Below are positions 13,559 through 26,052 of a DNA stretch of 64,000 nt, piece after piece. The stretch spans positions 62,001-126,000 of the forward strand of contig JASVEC010000024.1 in NCBI GenBank assembly GCA_030770535.1, written 5' to 3'. This DNA comes from Batkoa obscura. Lineage: Eukaryota. Below the pieces are notes generated by a model, which was not told the DNA's origin, did not search any database, and saw only the letters and a list, made by a program, of their open reading frames with translations. How positions within the stretch are numbered: the stretch's first letter is position 1; the number at the start of each line of letters is the position of its first letter. The position numbers were made by a program, and so were the translations under genes.

Positions 13559-14015
13559 ATATAGGGATGCCTAAACTAGTTTCATTTTTTATTCAATTTC
13601 TAATATTTTATATTAAAAACTTTGTTTAAAATTCTATAAAATGAATTCTTTATTAAAAGCAAAAGTACTCAAGCATAGTTTTAAATTATTTTACTATAAT
13701 TTTTATTAAATTCAATAAAAATTCTCAGATTAGCAAAGCTTTTACTAATATAAAATATATATTAATGTTGATCAAAGTTATAGTATGTAAATAAATATGG
13801 GGATGTATTTTTGTGTTTAAGAATTTTACTAACAATTTTTCCGCTCAAATAGCGCTTAAAAAATGGAAAAAGCAATGAAATCAAAAAAATTATCCCCATA
13901 TAATTTCAAGCTTTTTAAATTTAACTAAACATGTATTGAGAACTTAAATTTAAAAACTTAAAGTTTAGATTAGTTTTTAATCAAAATTTTGAAACCAATT
14001 TGGGCATCCCCATAT
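13559..14015. mobile_element. ~457-bp non-autonomous TIR element (family B) containing a nested family A MITE
   Basis: Left end ATATAGGGATGCCTAAACTAGTTTCA versus reverse complement of right end ATATGGGGATGCCCAAATTGGTTTCA (22/26 identical). Confidence 0.7.
13795..13901 (+). mobile_element. MITE family A copy (near consensus), nested in the family B element
   Basis: ATATGGGGATGTATTTTTGTGTTTAAGAATTTTACTAAC..TATCCCCATAT. Confidence 0.85.
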
Positions 14016-14154
14016 ACAACTTTTTATTGAAATGAAATTAAAGTTATTTACTATTAAACTATACTTTTTCAAGTATTTGATACAGCCATAGTAAACATTG
14101 TTACTATTCAAGTAAATTGAGTTAACCGGTAAAGACATTTGAATTCTATTTAAT

Positions 14155-14472
14155 ATCGTACTATAAAATTCAAAGCTAATTTTTTAATGAATAATGGTCT
14201 AATTTTTGCATCCAAATATAGATAATTTGGATAAAACTCTTTCATTAAGAAAAGTGCAATTTAGTAACAAATCTCAAAACCTTTCGGTCCAGGAAATGAA
14301 GCTTTATTTCTAAATTAAGAAAGTAGAACTTAAGAAAAGAAAAGAGCCAATCAAATAAATTTAAAACAAAACTATTGATAGGTTCCAAAAATATCGTACC
14401 ATTAAAATTCAAGTCGGAGGACAGGGGAGTGGGGATTTTGAATAAAAGTATAAAAGAAATAAGTTATCAATT
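14155..14472 (+). promoter_or_regulatory. CYP51 upstream region with SRE-like, CCAAT and TATA motifs
   Basis: ATCGTACTAT 14155, TTTGCATCCAA 14205, GCCAATCAAAT 14346, ATCGTACCAT 14393, TATAAAA 14449, AAGTTATCAATT 14461. These words recur upstream of ERG3. Confidence 0.55.
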
Positions 14473-14569
14473 AGATTAAATTAACTTATCTTATCATTTA
14501 TCAATATTAATTAATATTACTTAAGATAACAAAAATCAACTCATTAATATATAATTAAGTTTTTTAATA

Positions 14570-16441
14570 ATGTCTTTCGTTTATACTTTAATAAATGAGC
14601 ATTCAACAATAAGTATTATATTTTCAATAATACTTATTATTATTGCTCAATACTATATTCGAATCAATCAAAAACCAGATCCAACTGTACCACCTGTAGT
14701 ACCTTATATCTTTCCTTTTTTTGGTTCAATGGTTACCTATGGTATGAATCCAGTGAAATTTTTAAAAGAACAGAGAGAAATTGTAAGTTTTTATTATATT
14801 ATTATAATATTATATTATTATTATTATTATTATTATTATTGTTATTATATTATTATGTTTTACAATAGTATTAATTTTTGTTTTATTAGTATGGCGATAA
14901 CTTTACCTTTTTAATGTTTGGTCGTAAAATTACTCATTGTTTAGGTCCTGATGGTAATAATTTAGTATTAAATGCTAAACATACTTCCGTCAATGCTGAA
15001 GAAGCTTATATCGGTTTAACTAAACCTGTATTTGGTCCAAACGTAGTTTATGATGTACCTAATCATGTTTTAATGGAACAAAAAAGGTAATTTTTATTTA
15101 TTTATTTATTTATTTTATTATAATAATTTATATTAACTAATTATTCTCATTTAGAATGGTCAAATATGGATTAACTAATGAATATTTAAAAACTTATGTA
15201 TCTATTATTGAAAAAGAAACTTTAGATCATATTGAGTAAGTTAATTCTATTTTTTTATATGAAGTTCTATTTATATTAATGTTTTTTAAATTAGAAAATG
15301 GGAAAAAGAAGGTGTTGTATGTATCTTTAAACAAATGAGTGGTTTAATTATAAAAACTGCATCTCATTGTTTATTAGGAGAAGAAATTCGTTCCCAATTA
15401 GATGAAAGTTGTAAGTATTTACTATTATTATTAGTATATTAATTAATAATTTAATTTTCTTTTAGTTGCCGATTTATTTCATGATTTAGATCGTGGATTT
15501 ACCCCTTTGCATTTCTTATTTAATTGGTTACCTTTACCTTCTTTTTGGAATCGAGATGCTTCCCACCTAAAAGTTCGTAATTTCTTTTTATCCGTTATTA
15601 AACAACGTCGCGCTAATAACGATAAAGTAAGACTAAAAGTTCTATAGTTCTTTTCATAATATTAATTGAATAATTTTAGCGCGAAGATATGTTAAATGCT
15701 TTAATGGAAGGAAGTTATAAAAATGGCAATCCAATTACTGATGAGCAAGTAGCTTGTATTTTAATTGCTTTATTATTAGCCGGACAACATACCAGTTCAA
15801 CTACTAGTACTTGGGCTCTATTATATTTAGCTCAGAAACCTGAATTAATTGCTGAATTATTAAAAGAACAAAAAGAAGTATTAGGAGAAGACTTACCGCC
15901 ATTAACTTTAGATAATTTAAAAAAATTAGAATTATTGGATAATGTAGTACGTGAAACGTTACGTATTAAGCCTCCATTATTAGAATTAATGAGAAAAGTT
16001 ACTGTTGATGTACCTATCACTGGTACTAGTTATGTGGTACCAAAAGGTCATTATATTGCAGCTGCTCCTGTAGTTTCCGCATTAGATGAAAAACATTTTG
16101 AAAAAGCAGAAGAATTTAATCCATATAGATGGAATACTGTGGATAAAAAAGCAGAAGATTTATTTGGCGAAGAAGCAAGTAAAAGAAAAGATGATAGTAC
16201 AGTAGATTATGGATTTGGTTCAGTATCTACTAGTTCCGCTAGAGCAGCTTATCTTCCTTTTGGGGCTGGTAGACATAGATGTATTGGTGATGCTTTTGCT
16301 TATCTTCAATTGAAAACTATTATTGCTACTTTAGTTCGAAAAATTGACTTTAAATTAGCAGATAAATTCCCTGAAGTGGATTATACTAACTTAGTAGCTA
16401 TTCCTTTCCTTCCAGCTAATATTTCTTATAAAAAATTATAA
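14570..16441 (+). CDS. ERG11: Sterol 14-alpha-demethylase CYP51 (six exons; first introns 14783-14889 and 15087-15154)
   Basis: PPVVPYIFPFFGS, AEEAY..LTKPVFG.NVVYD..LMEQK, AGQHTS, ETLR and the heme motif YLPFGAGRHRCIG. Confidence 0.95.
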
Positions 16442-16485
16442 ATAAAAATAAATTCTTTTTTTTCTATAAATTATATACTTTATTT

Positions 16486-17702
16486 TTATAACTCTTTTAT
16501 TATAAAATCCCCGTCTTTTTCTTTAGGTTCCATAATTTCTTTAATAGAATCTATTAATCTTAGTTCATATTGAATCTCTTCATATCCTCCTTCTCCTTCT
16601 TTCAATTCCGTTTTGAAAGGCTTTTCAATAGTCTTCTCCAATACTGCTTGTAATGAAGCTAATGCTTTTAAACAAGCTTGTTTTAAATTTTGACCATCAA
16701 ATCTAGCTAATAATAAACTTGAAAATAAATCTCCAGTACCTGAAAATTCACCTGCCTTTTTGGAAAATTCAATACTAAATACAGAATTTTCAGTGGAACC
16801 AAATAGATGCATTTGATTTGAATTAGTATTCAGATTAAGTTTACTACTAGTGATGACTATATTTTTGATACCTGAAGAGTGAAGTTGAGTAAAAGCTGAT
16901 TTTAAATCCAAAATGGATTCAATTTTAATATCAGTTAAATGTCTAGTAAGTTAATAATATTAATATTTTCATTACTAAACAAATCAAACTCCTTATATAC
17001 TTACTCAATCTCTGTTTGATTTGGAGTAATAACATCCGCTAATGGACATAATTCTAATTTATATTTAGGTACTAGTTCTTTAGGTACATACAGTTTATCA
17101 TCATCTCCCATAACTGGATCAATCACTTTTAAATAGTTTTAATACTTAATTTAGTTTGAGTTTTTACATTATAATAATTACCAATAATTACTTTTGGATT
17201 GAATAATTTTACTTGTGCTATAATATCCTTAACGGTGTGGACTAATTCTGAGTTACCAAGATAGCCTTTAATAATTGTTTAGTTCTTAATTAATTTTTAT
17301 AAGATAATAAAGAGTATATTATTTACCAACTAAAATATGAGAATAATTTATCAATTTATTTTGTTTTAGACCTTCAAATGTATTCCATAATTCGGTAGAA
17401 TTAATCCGACTGCCTTTGAATACCGGATAACCTTTAAAATTGGAATTAGATCAATAAATGATAATTATATAAAGCTTCAAAGTTGATAGAAGAAATAACT
17501 AGGTTTACCTGTATGATTAGATAACATCACTGTATTTAGTGGATCTACATCATATCCTAATAATTGTAATGGTAACGTAGCTGCTTTATTTCCTGAAAGA
17601 TATAGAAAAAACGTTAATGGAATTTGATTTCTTAGAACTATTTTTTATATTACCAACATAACCAAAAACAACATGGGATTGAATTGATAATACTCGTTTC
17701 AT
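16486..17702 (-). CDS. Pyridoxal kinase (PdxK/Bud16-like), multi-exon
   Basis: Manual translation [79 protein letters not shown]. Confidence 0.92.
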
Positions 17703-18230
17703 GATTATTTATTATTATTTGATATTAAATCCTTTAAGTTATAATTTTCTAATTTTTTATTGTTTATAATTCAATCAAGAAGTTAATTACAATTATTTTA
17801 ATAATTTAACATTCTTTTTTCAGTGTCTAAAAAATGCACTTAATTTTTCATGAAATTTAATAATTTGTTCGATCTTTTGAATCTTTATTACTAAAGTAGG
17901 TAATTAAGTTAACCGGATAATAGTTGTATTAATGATAGTCATTTTATATATATAAGAATATATAGAGCTTTAATTATAAAGATTAGTCTTGACACTAGAT
18001 TGAATTTGCTATTATTATTAACATATGTTATTTAATATATTATTTTGAAAAATTATATGAAATATCTCCTGTCTTCAAAATGCTTTACTTTAAAATATCT
18101 AACTATATTCATTTTATTTGCATAGAATTAATATTTATTGGAACACTAATTTATTCCTATCAAATCTCAAATTGAACTTTAACTTAGAAAAAACTAAACC
18201 TTAACAATAAACATACTATTTTATCCTAAC

Positions 18231-18275
18231 AAATATAATAAATATAATAAATATAATAAATATAATAAATATAAT
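18231..18275. repeat. (AAATATAAT)x5 tandem repeat
   Basis: Direct read; lies between the divergent pyridoxal kinase and ERG3 starts. Confidence 0.85.
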
Positions 18276-18398
18276 AACATTCTATTTATAATATTACATA
18301 TTCCCAACCAAGCTACTATTAAAAATCATCTCATTAACAAAAAAACGTGCTATTTTTGAAAATACCTTGAATTTTATTTAATCAGATAATTTTTTCCC

Positions 18399-18477
18399 GC
18401 CAATCAAATCAAATTTTAACTCGTACGATTAGCTTTGCATCCAATATAAATAAGGGGAACAACTCAAGTTATCAATT
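18399..18477 (+). promoter_or_regulatory. ERG3 upstream region with CCAAT, SRE-like and TATA motifs
   Basis: GCCAATCAAAT 18399, CTCGTACGAT 18420, TTTGCATCCAA 18434, TATAAA 18445, AAGTTATCAATT 18466. Confidence 0.55.
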
Positions 18478-18530
18478 TAAACATTTAATCTCCTTTCTTT
18501 TTTCAATAGGCAATTTATATTAATTTTAAA

Positions 18531-19418
18531 ATGGATATTGTACTCACTGTTTGTGACTACTTATTTTATGATACAGCATATAACCTTGTATCTACCAAAT
18601 TCAATCTACCTTATCTCCCTAGAGATGATTTACTCCGTCAATTTATTTCATTGTTATTAATCACTTCCATCTTTGGATTTTTAGTTTATTTTATAGTCGC
18701 AGGATTAAGTTATCATTTTGTATATGACAAACGCTTAATGGAACATCCACGTTTTCTTCCAAATCAAATACAATTAGAAATTCAATGTGCTGCTGAAGCT
18801 ATTATCCCAATGTCTACATTAACAGTGCCTTTCTTTTTATTAGAAGTTAATGGTTATTCAAAATTATATTCAAATATTGATGATTATGGTATTCCTTATC
18901 TTTTTGCTTCAATTATAGGGTTTCTAATATTTACTGATTTTGGTATTTATGTTATTCATCGTGGTTTACATCATCGATCGATTTATGCTCACGTACATAA
19001 ATTACATCACAAATGGTTAGTACCTACTCCTTTTGCTTCTCATGCTTTTCACTTTTTAGATGGTTATTCTCAATCGTTACCTTATCATTTTGCAGTATTT
19101 TTGTTCCCTATTCATAAATTAGTCTATTTAGGTCTATTCATATTTGTTAACGTATGGACCGTGTTAATTCATGACGGAGAGTATTTCGATTCAGGAGAAA
19201 TTATTAATTCAGCTTCTAATCATACGATTCATCATTTATATTTTAATTTTAATTATGGACAATATTTCACATTCTGGGATAAAGTTTTTAATTCTTATAG
19301 ACAATGTCCAAACGAATTATTAGATAGAGAAAAGAGACATGATGTTAAATCAATGAATAAAGTGGCCAAAGAAGTCGATATTGCTAAAGAAGAAATTGAA
19401 AAACCAAAAGTTCAATAG
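18531..19418 (+). CDS. ERG3: Sterol C-5 desaturase (intronless)
   Basis: His boxes HRGLH, HKLHH and HTIHH, plus TPFASHAFH and NYGQYFTFWD. Confidence 0.93.
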   Translation: MDIVLTVCDYLFYDTAYNLVSTKFNLPYLPRDDLLRQFISLLLITSIFGFLVYFIVAGLSYHFVYDKRLMEHPRFLPNQIQLEIQCAAEAIIPMSTLTVPFFLLEVNGYSKLYSNIDDYGIPYLFASIIGFLIFTDFGIYVIHRGLHHRSIYAHVHKLHHKWLVPTPFASHAFHFLDGYSQSLPYHFAVFLFPIHKLVYLGLFIFVNVWTVLIHDGEYFDSGEIINSASNHTIHHLYFNFNYGQYFTFWDKVFNSYRQCPNELLDREKRHDVKSMNKVAKEVDIAKEEIEKPKVQ

Positions 19419-19827
19419 GTTTTTTGAAACTGAACAAAGTTTATTACCCCCAAAGGGGTTTTTTTTTTAAACAAAATTTAACAAGTTAATATATAAAAAC
19501 TATTGATTATTAAAATTAATAATAAAAGTGTATTAATGGTCTATTTTATACTATTTCCATATTTTTTATATTTTTTATAACAAATTTGTCAATAAAAGTA
19601 GTTTAAATCCATTTATAGTAATATCAATTATAATTACAGCGAGTGATTCAAATAAAGCAATATCCTATAGTTTTATAGTACACCTTAAAATGAATTCATA
19701 TTTTACTTTTAAGAAGATAAATTATGAAGTAAATCAACTGCGTAGATAAAAGACAATTGTATTTAAAGGAGAACAGAATCATCAAATTATAGATAACAAA
19801 TTAATTAATAAATAATATCAATAAATT

Positions 19828-21542
19828 ATGGAGGTTGAAGAGTTTACAATCGAATTAAATAATCAAAGTAGATCAATTAAAGACAGCTCAATTAAAGATA
19901 TTTCACTTGAAAATGGTTCAATACACTCAACTAAACCAACTAAATCCTTTTTATTACCATTAATCATATTATCTTTAATATTATCTATTTTTTTATCCTC
20001 TATGGATGAAACTATAGTAGCAAGTAGTTTATATACAATATTAGCTTATTTTCAAGAAAATTCTAGTATCACCTGGTTAACTACAAGTTACTTGTTAACA
20101 ATGACAGCTACTCAACCATTGTATGGTAAATTAAGTAATTTATTTGGTACTAAATATGTCCATTTAATAGCCATCCTTCTATTTCTCATTGGTTCAATTG
20201 GTTGTGGTTTGGCTCCTAATTTAATATCTTTAATTATATTTCGTGGCTTAACAGGGTTGGGTGGAGGCGGTCTAGTTACTTTAGCTTATATAATAGTATC
20301 AGAAATAGTACCTATTCATAAAAGGAGTTTATATCAAAGTATAATTGGAAGTACTTTTACATTGGCTAGTATTTGTGGTCCATTAATTGGTGGTGCTTTA
20401 ACTCAATATTTAAATTGGCGTTGGAATTTTTTTATCAATATACCAATAGTTATCGTTGCTGCTATTATTATTTTATTTTTCTTACCTAATAACCACAAAT
20501 CAATGAAAGATAAAGCCTCTGTTAAACTTCAATTTAAAAAAATAGATTTTTTAGGTGCTTTGGTATTAATAATAAGTAATATCTTATTAATCTTAGGATT
20601 AACTTGGGCAAGTCATGATTATCCTTGGTCATCTCCAAATGTTATTTGTTGTCTTGTATTTGGTATTTTATTATTTATAATATTCTTATTTGTTGAAAAA
20701 TATTATGCAAAAGAACCCATCATCCCATCAACTTTATTTAATCGTAACTCTTCTTTAGTCAGTTTAAGTTCTTTTATGTATTGTACAGTTTATTTTACCT
20801 TAATTTTTTATTGGCCATTATATCATCAAACTGTATTTAATAAGTCTCCCTTAAATGCTGGTTTAGAATTGTTATCTGCTTCTTTAAGTATTTGTGTTAC
20901 CTCTGTATTATCTGGTATATTATGTAATAAATTTAAAGTTTATTTATCAATTATGCGAGGTGGTACTATTATGTTAGTCATTGGTGTTTGTTTAATGGCT
21001 TTATTAAGAGATAGTATTACTGAAGCTGAATTGATTATTTATCCTATTTTGATTGGTGGTGGTATTGGTTTTAATACTCAACTTTCTATTCTTTGTGGTC
21101 AATTAGCAGTTACCCCTGAAAACGCTGGTATAATTACTTCGTTTATTACCTTTTCTCAATCTTTTGGCGGTATCTTTGGTTTAGCTATTTTTGGTACCAT
21201 TTATAATTCAGTTTTAAGAAGCAATTTATTATCTCAATTCCCTGATTTAAATGTAAGATTATTTATTATTGTTATTATTACATATATTAATATTTATTTT
21301 AGATTGATTCATTCATTAATAATAATAATGCTCTTCATTCTTTGGATCCTTCAATTAAAGGTAAAGTGATTGAATCTTTCATTCAAGCATATCGTACTTT
21401 GTTCTTATCTATGATACCTTTTTGTGTCGTTGCTTTGATTTGTACTTTTGGACTTAAAAATATATCACTTACAGAAAGTAAATCTAATAATGAGAATGAG
21501 AATAAGAATAAGAATGAGAATGAGGTTAAAGTAATAGAATAA
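19828..21542 (+). CDS. MFS drug:H+ antiporter, DHA2 / 14-TM type (intron 21253-21302)
   Basis: SSMDETIVA, QPLYGKLSNLFG, FRGLTGLGGGG, GPLIGG, WRWNFFINIP, IDFLG; the last exon supplies the final TM. Confidence 0.9.
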
Positions 21543-21700
21543 ATACTTAGTTAATAGATAATATTATATTTTGTATGAGAATATTTTTTGTTTGATTTTG
21601 GGCTTTTTTATGCTGCATAAAATTAATAAAATTACCAGATAAGCACTGTAATATAAAAGGCATTTCCACGTATTAATTATACTTTAAATTGTATATTTTT

Positions 21701-23983
21701 TTATTTTTTTATTTTTTTAAAATAATCTATTAATTTTTTCTGACTTTTATCCATTTTTACTTCCTTCTTATTCGTTTTGGGTTCCTTTTTTGTCTTTTTA
21801 TTGCTACTTCCTCTTTTATTTTGGATGATTTCTTGTTGATCCATTTTCTTTTGAAATTCTATAGCAAAATGATAATCCAAATGAATCTTCATCTCTTCTT
21901 TATTAATAACTTCTTTACATTTTTTACACCTTTCCATTCTATCCTCAAAACTAGTACTACTTTCTTCATTATTATTTAAACCTTGCATTATGCTACCACT
22001 GTTATTATTATTGATACTTTTGTTTAAATTTGAGTTTTTATTAATTTGTTTCTTATTATTAGTACTCTCATCATAAATTGGTTCCTCAATATTATCTTGA
22101 AGTTTATCATCAGTTTTCCCATTCCCTTGTTTTTTACATTCTTTCCTTTTATTAATAAATCCCATAATTCCTTGATTAATCTCATCAATTTGGTCACTGT
22201 TATTAATACACTCATCAATTACCTCATCAATCTCATCTTGAAGCTCCTCATCAATATCCGCTTCTTCTTTAACTTCCTTCCCTTTATTGATAAATCCCAT
22301 AATACCTTGATTACTCTTATCAAAAGTTTCAAGCCCATTCAATTGAATATTTAATCTAATTGCAGGAAACAAGTTGTTAAAACAATCCATTAAAAGGCTT
22401 ACAGAATCAAAAAAACATTTTTCATCTTGTTGAAATTTGAAATAAGTTGGCATCAAACAAGATTTTGTAATATATTGAATTTGTTTATTACTTAAATAAG
22501 CATAATGTAACATAATTTGTTTTGGCCATCTTAGGTTTATACTTTGATCTAACAATAATCGATCTTTTAATTCAATACACATTAATTTAATCCATTTTAA
22601 TAATAATAGTTTATCTTCTACATATGGATGAAAGGATTTGGCTGACATGATAGATTTAACTAATTCCATTGGTTTTACATCATCAAAGCTAATGCCTCGT
22701 ATTAAATTATATACTGATAAACCATTGTCATGTCCTAATTTTAATTGGAGTTGATTTAAAGGTAATTTTCTATTTCATTATTAAATCATCTAATTAATAT
22801 ATTCAAACTATTATTATTTTACCTTAACTCCCCTATATTATCCCCAAAATAATGTTTAGTTTGTGCACCTAATTTACCACCTAAAGAGGGTATCTTATTT
22901 AAAGGTATTTGTAGTAAAAAATCATATGCTAAAAAATCGGGTATCAAAATCTAATTTGTTCTAATATTAAACTAATCTAATAATAACAAATATCTTACTT
23001 GTCCGTTAGGTTTATTTAAACTTGAGGTGATTTTAGCTAATAATTTATTATTGGAGATACCTAACAGATATTAATCAACTTACAATAACCATAGTTTAAC
23101 TTTCTTACCAGATGAACAAGTAAATCCAAGTTGATCATAGATCTTTTTACGAATATCAGAAACCAATTTAGCACCTTGTAAAAGTTGTCTTATTTTCCAA
23201 TATTTTACTTTATCTTCTATTTCATTTGAGCAAGTAAAGTTGAAACTTTCTTTATCTTTGGGATAAGCTACCTTATTTGATATATCATTCCAATCAATTG
23301 GTTCTAAATCCATAACTTGATTTGATTCATCATTCCAATTATTACCTTTTAAATCCATAATTTTATTTTCTTTAAGGTAGTTTAATATATTATCATTAAC
23401 ATGATCGGTGATATCTAAATAAGCTTCATCTAAATTAATATTAATACTGTTTCTTTAATTTTATTCAAATACAAACTTACCAACGCTAGCCTTTTGCACT
23501 TTACCAATGTTTAAATTTTGTAATAAATTCATGATTTTTTTAGAAGCTTCTCGATAAGGACCAAGAGAGGCTTTATTTTCCTGTTGAGTTGGGCTATCAT
23601 AATAAGATTCTTCATCCTTCCCCAATTTATACGTTGGTACATGAGCGAAAACAATTTGAGGACATAACTGTTTCGCTACCATTGGGGTACTATGCCTTTC
23701 CACTTTATAAGCTCTAGCTGCATAATTTACTGCTATTAAACCTTGCCATTGTTGTACTGCTAATGGTGTATCTGAGCTTATTCCTAGTCTTAGTTGTTCT
23801 ATCGAGTATTAGTTTCGAATTTTTAAATAGTTCGTTGTAAGCTACCTACTTGACAGTAAAAACAGTCTAGATCTTTTATTAATATGTGTTAATTTGTTAT
23901 TTAACATAAATGATATTACCTAGATCAATATGAGCTATACATTTAGAAGTTTGTAAAATTGATTGTATTTGATTGTAATCCAT
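21701..23983 (-). CDS. RAD30: Y-family DNA polymerase eta (multi-exon)
   Basis: IAHIDL|DCFYCQV|EQ..PLAVQQWQGLIAVNYAAR, KASLGPYREAS, C-terminal UBZ (CKKC..HLDYHFA) and PIP box QKKLIDYF. Confidence 0.9.
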
Positions 23984-24608
23984 GATAAAAAGTAAGCCAA
24001 ATTTTTCTGAAAACTTATTTAAGATTTTTGATCAAATCTAGTAATCTGACATTATTCTTTGTCATTCTCTATTTTTGATATGAATCAAATTCCAAAATAA
24101 CGTTACAATATAATATTAAATGGAAGTTATAATTATAAAATTTAAAGTTAATAAAGTTGATTATTTAATAAGAATTTGTAGTCTATTTATACTAGTCCGT
24201 ATATTTGTTATAATAGTTGCGTAACCATTATCCTTATCAAAAAGTAATGAGTGACTACTTATACAATAAAAACATATTTAATGTTATATATTGTTACAAC
24301 TAGGAAGTACTATTACATGGTTAATAGGTTAAGACTATAATAAGGACTGATATTAATATAAAGATAGAGTAATAATAAATCTATAATAATAAATGTATAA
24401 TAATGAGTTTATCTAACAATAAATATATAATGATTTAAAATCTAGAATATTTTTTAATAAAATTTACAATTACTAAATAAGAATTTAAGCCAATCAACAA
24501 ACATATTAATCAAAGTTCTTTAAAAAAGTAATTATAAAGCACTCTAACTTCAAAAATAAAAATTAATTTCTTATATTTCATTAACATTAACATTAACTTA
24601 AATCAACG

Positions 24609-25595
24609 ATGGTGAAACTTGGCCCCAATTTTATCCATGATTTTAAAAGCGTAATACAAACCAATACACGCTCACGACGTATAATGATTAGTATTTTATT
24701 ACTAACATTATGGTCAGCCATTGTATTACCCGTTATCTTCAAACAATATTATGGCACTTTAAACAAGGGGATTATCATACGTTCTGAAGAGGTGGAAGAA
24801 AACAATATGTTAGTAGAATTAAGTATAGCTAAAGTAGATACAGCTTTGAGAATTATTGATTTAAAAGTGAATTTATTCCCAAATGGACCATTATACGCCA
24901 ATGACAATTCAATAACTAAACAAAACATCACTTGTGATTTTCGATATGGTAAAGTAGAAGCAATAAAAGATAAAGTATCTCAACCAACCATTATCAAGAT
25001 ACCTATACTTTCAGGAAATCCAAGAGCGTATCCGTTTGAAAACTTAACTACTATAATACCTATTTATTGTCAAGATCAACAAGGTTCTTCAGTTTTGCCA
25101 ATTATTACCTTTGAACGTACATTGGCTACGTATTATCTTACTACAGAAGCCTTTCTTGCTTCACACGTAGTGGAAGCTTCAACAGAATCGATGGGATTAT
25201 TTCCAGATCCTAGTTCTATTCAATTATTAGTAGAATTAACACAACCAACTGAAAATCAATTATTTGTATTCTTGGTGTTTTTTATAATGTGGGGATTAAG
25301 CTTTGCAATTTTATTTTTTACATTTGATGTTTTGATACATAAAAGGGAAGTACCTCCACCTCTTATTGGTGTGTCTTTGGCTTTATTATTCGCTTTACCA
25401 GGTATTAGAAATAGTCAACCAGGTGTTCCATTCTTAGGTTGTTTATCCGATTTTATTTCCTTTTTTTGGTAATTAGTTTTTAGAGATCTTTAATATAATA
25501 TATTAAGTCATTTAATTAGGTGCCTAAGTTTAGTTTCCTTTTGTACAGTAGCTAACATGTTGGCTTTTGCACTAAGGTTTAATAAGAAAGTTTAA
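24609..25595 (+). CDS. DUF4436-like / pLGIC-like membrane protein, copy 3 (intron 25469-25519)
   Basis: TCD, YPFEN, IMWG, REVPPP, LLFALPGIRNSQPG; last exon WCLSLVSFCTVANMLAFALRFNKKV*. Confidence 0.82.
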
Positions 25596-26052
25596 ATTAG
25601 ATCTAAATCAAACAATAAACCAATTATATTATACAAAGAATGTTTTATTATTACAAGAACATACATTAGAGAAATATAGTTATTTTGTATTTGTTACATT
25701 CAATTTAATGAATAGAAACATTAGATATTAAATAAATATTATTTCAGATAATAAGATTTTTTAGTTTGTTCATTAAAATAAATTTATTTTATTATTCCTA
25801 ATGTTTCTATTATCTAATACAATTTATGAATTTTAAAAAAAAATCGGGACTTTATTTAATAATGTTTAATTTATTAGAATAAAATTAAAATTCTCAAATT
25901 TAGTAATTACAACTTTATGCTCCTATAAAAATGAATAAATTAATATACTAAATAGGAACAATAATAAATTATCAATTGAAGTCCAAAAAATAGTCCAATT
26001 TTAACTTTGAAACAATAATAAGAATTTAAACATTTTTTTACTCTCAATAGAT

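Noticed and set aside
14805..14860. Poly-Tyr run in ORF 14570-14914
   Set aside because: It is a (TAT)n microsatellite inside CYP51 intron 1.
15000..15086. Possible intrinsic azole-resistance substitution in CYP51
   Set aside because: The Tyr equivalent to Candida Y132 is retained (NVVYDVPN); other differences cannot be interpreted by eye.
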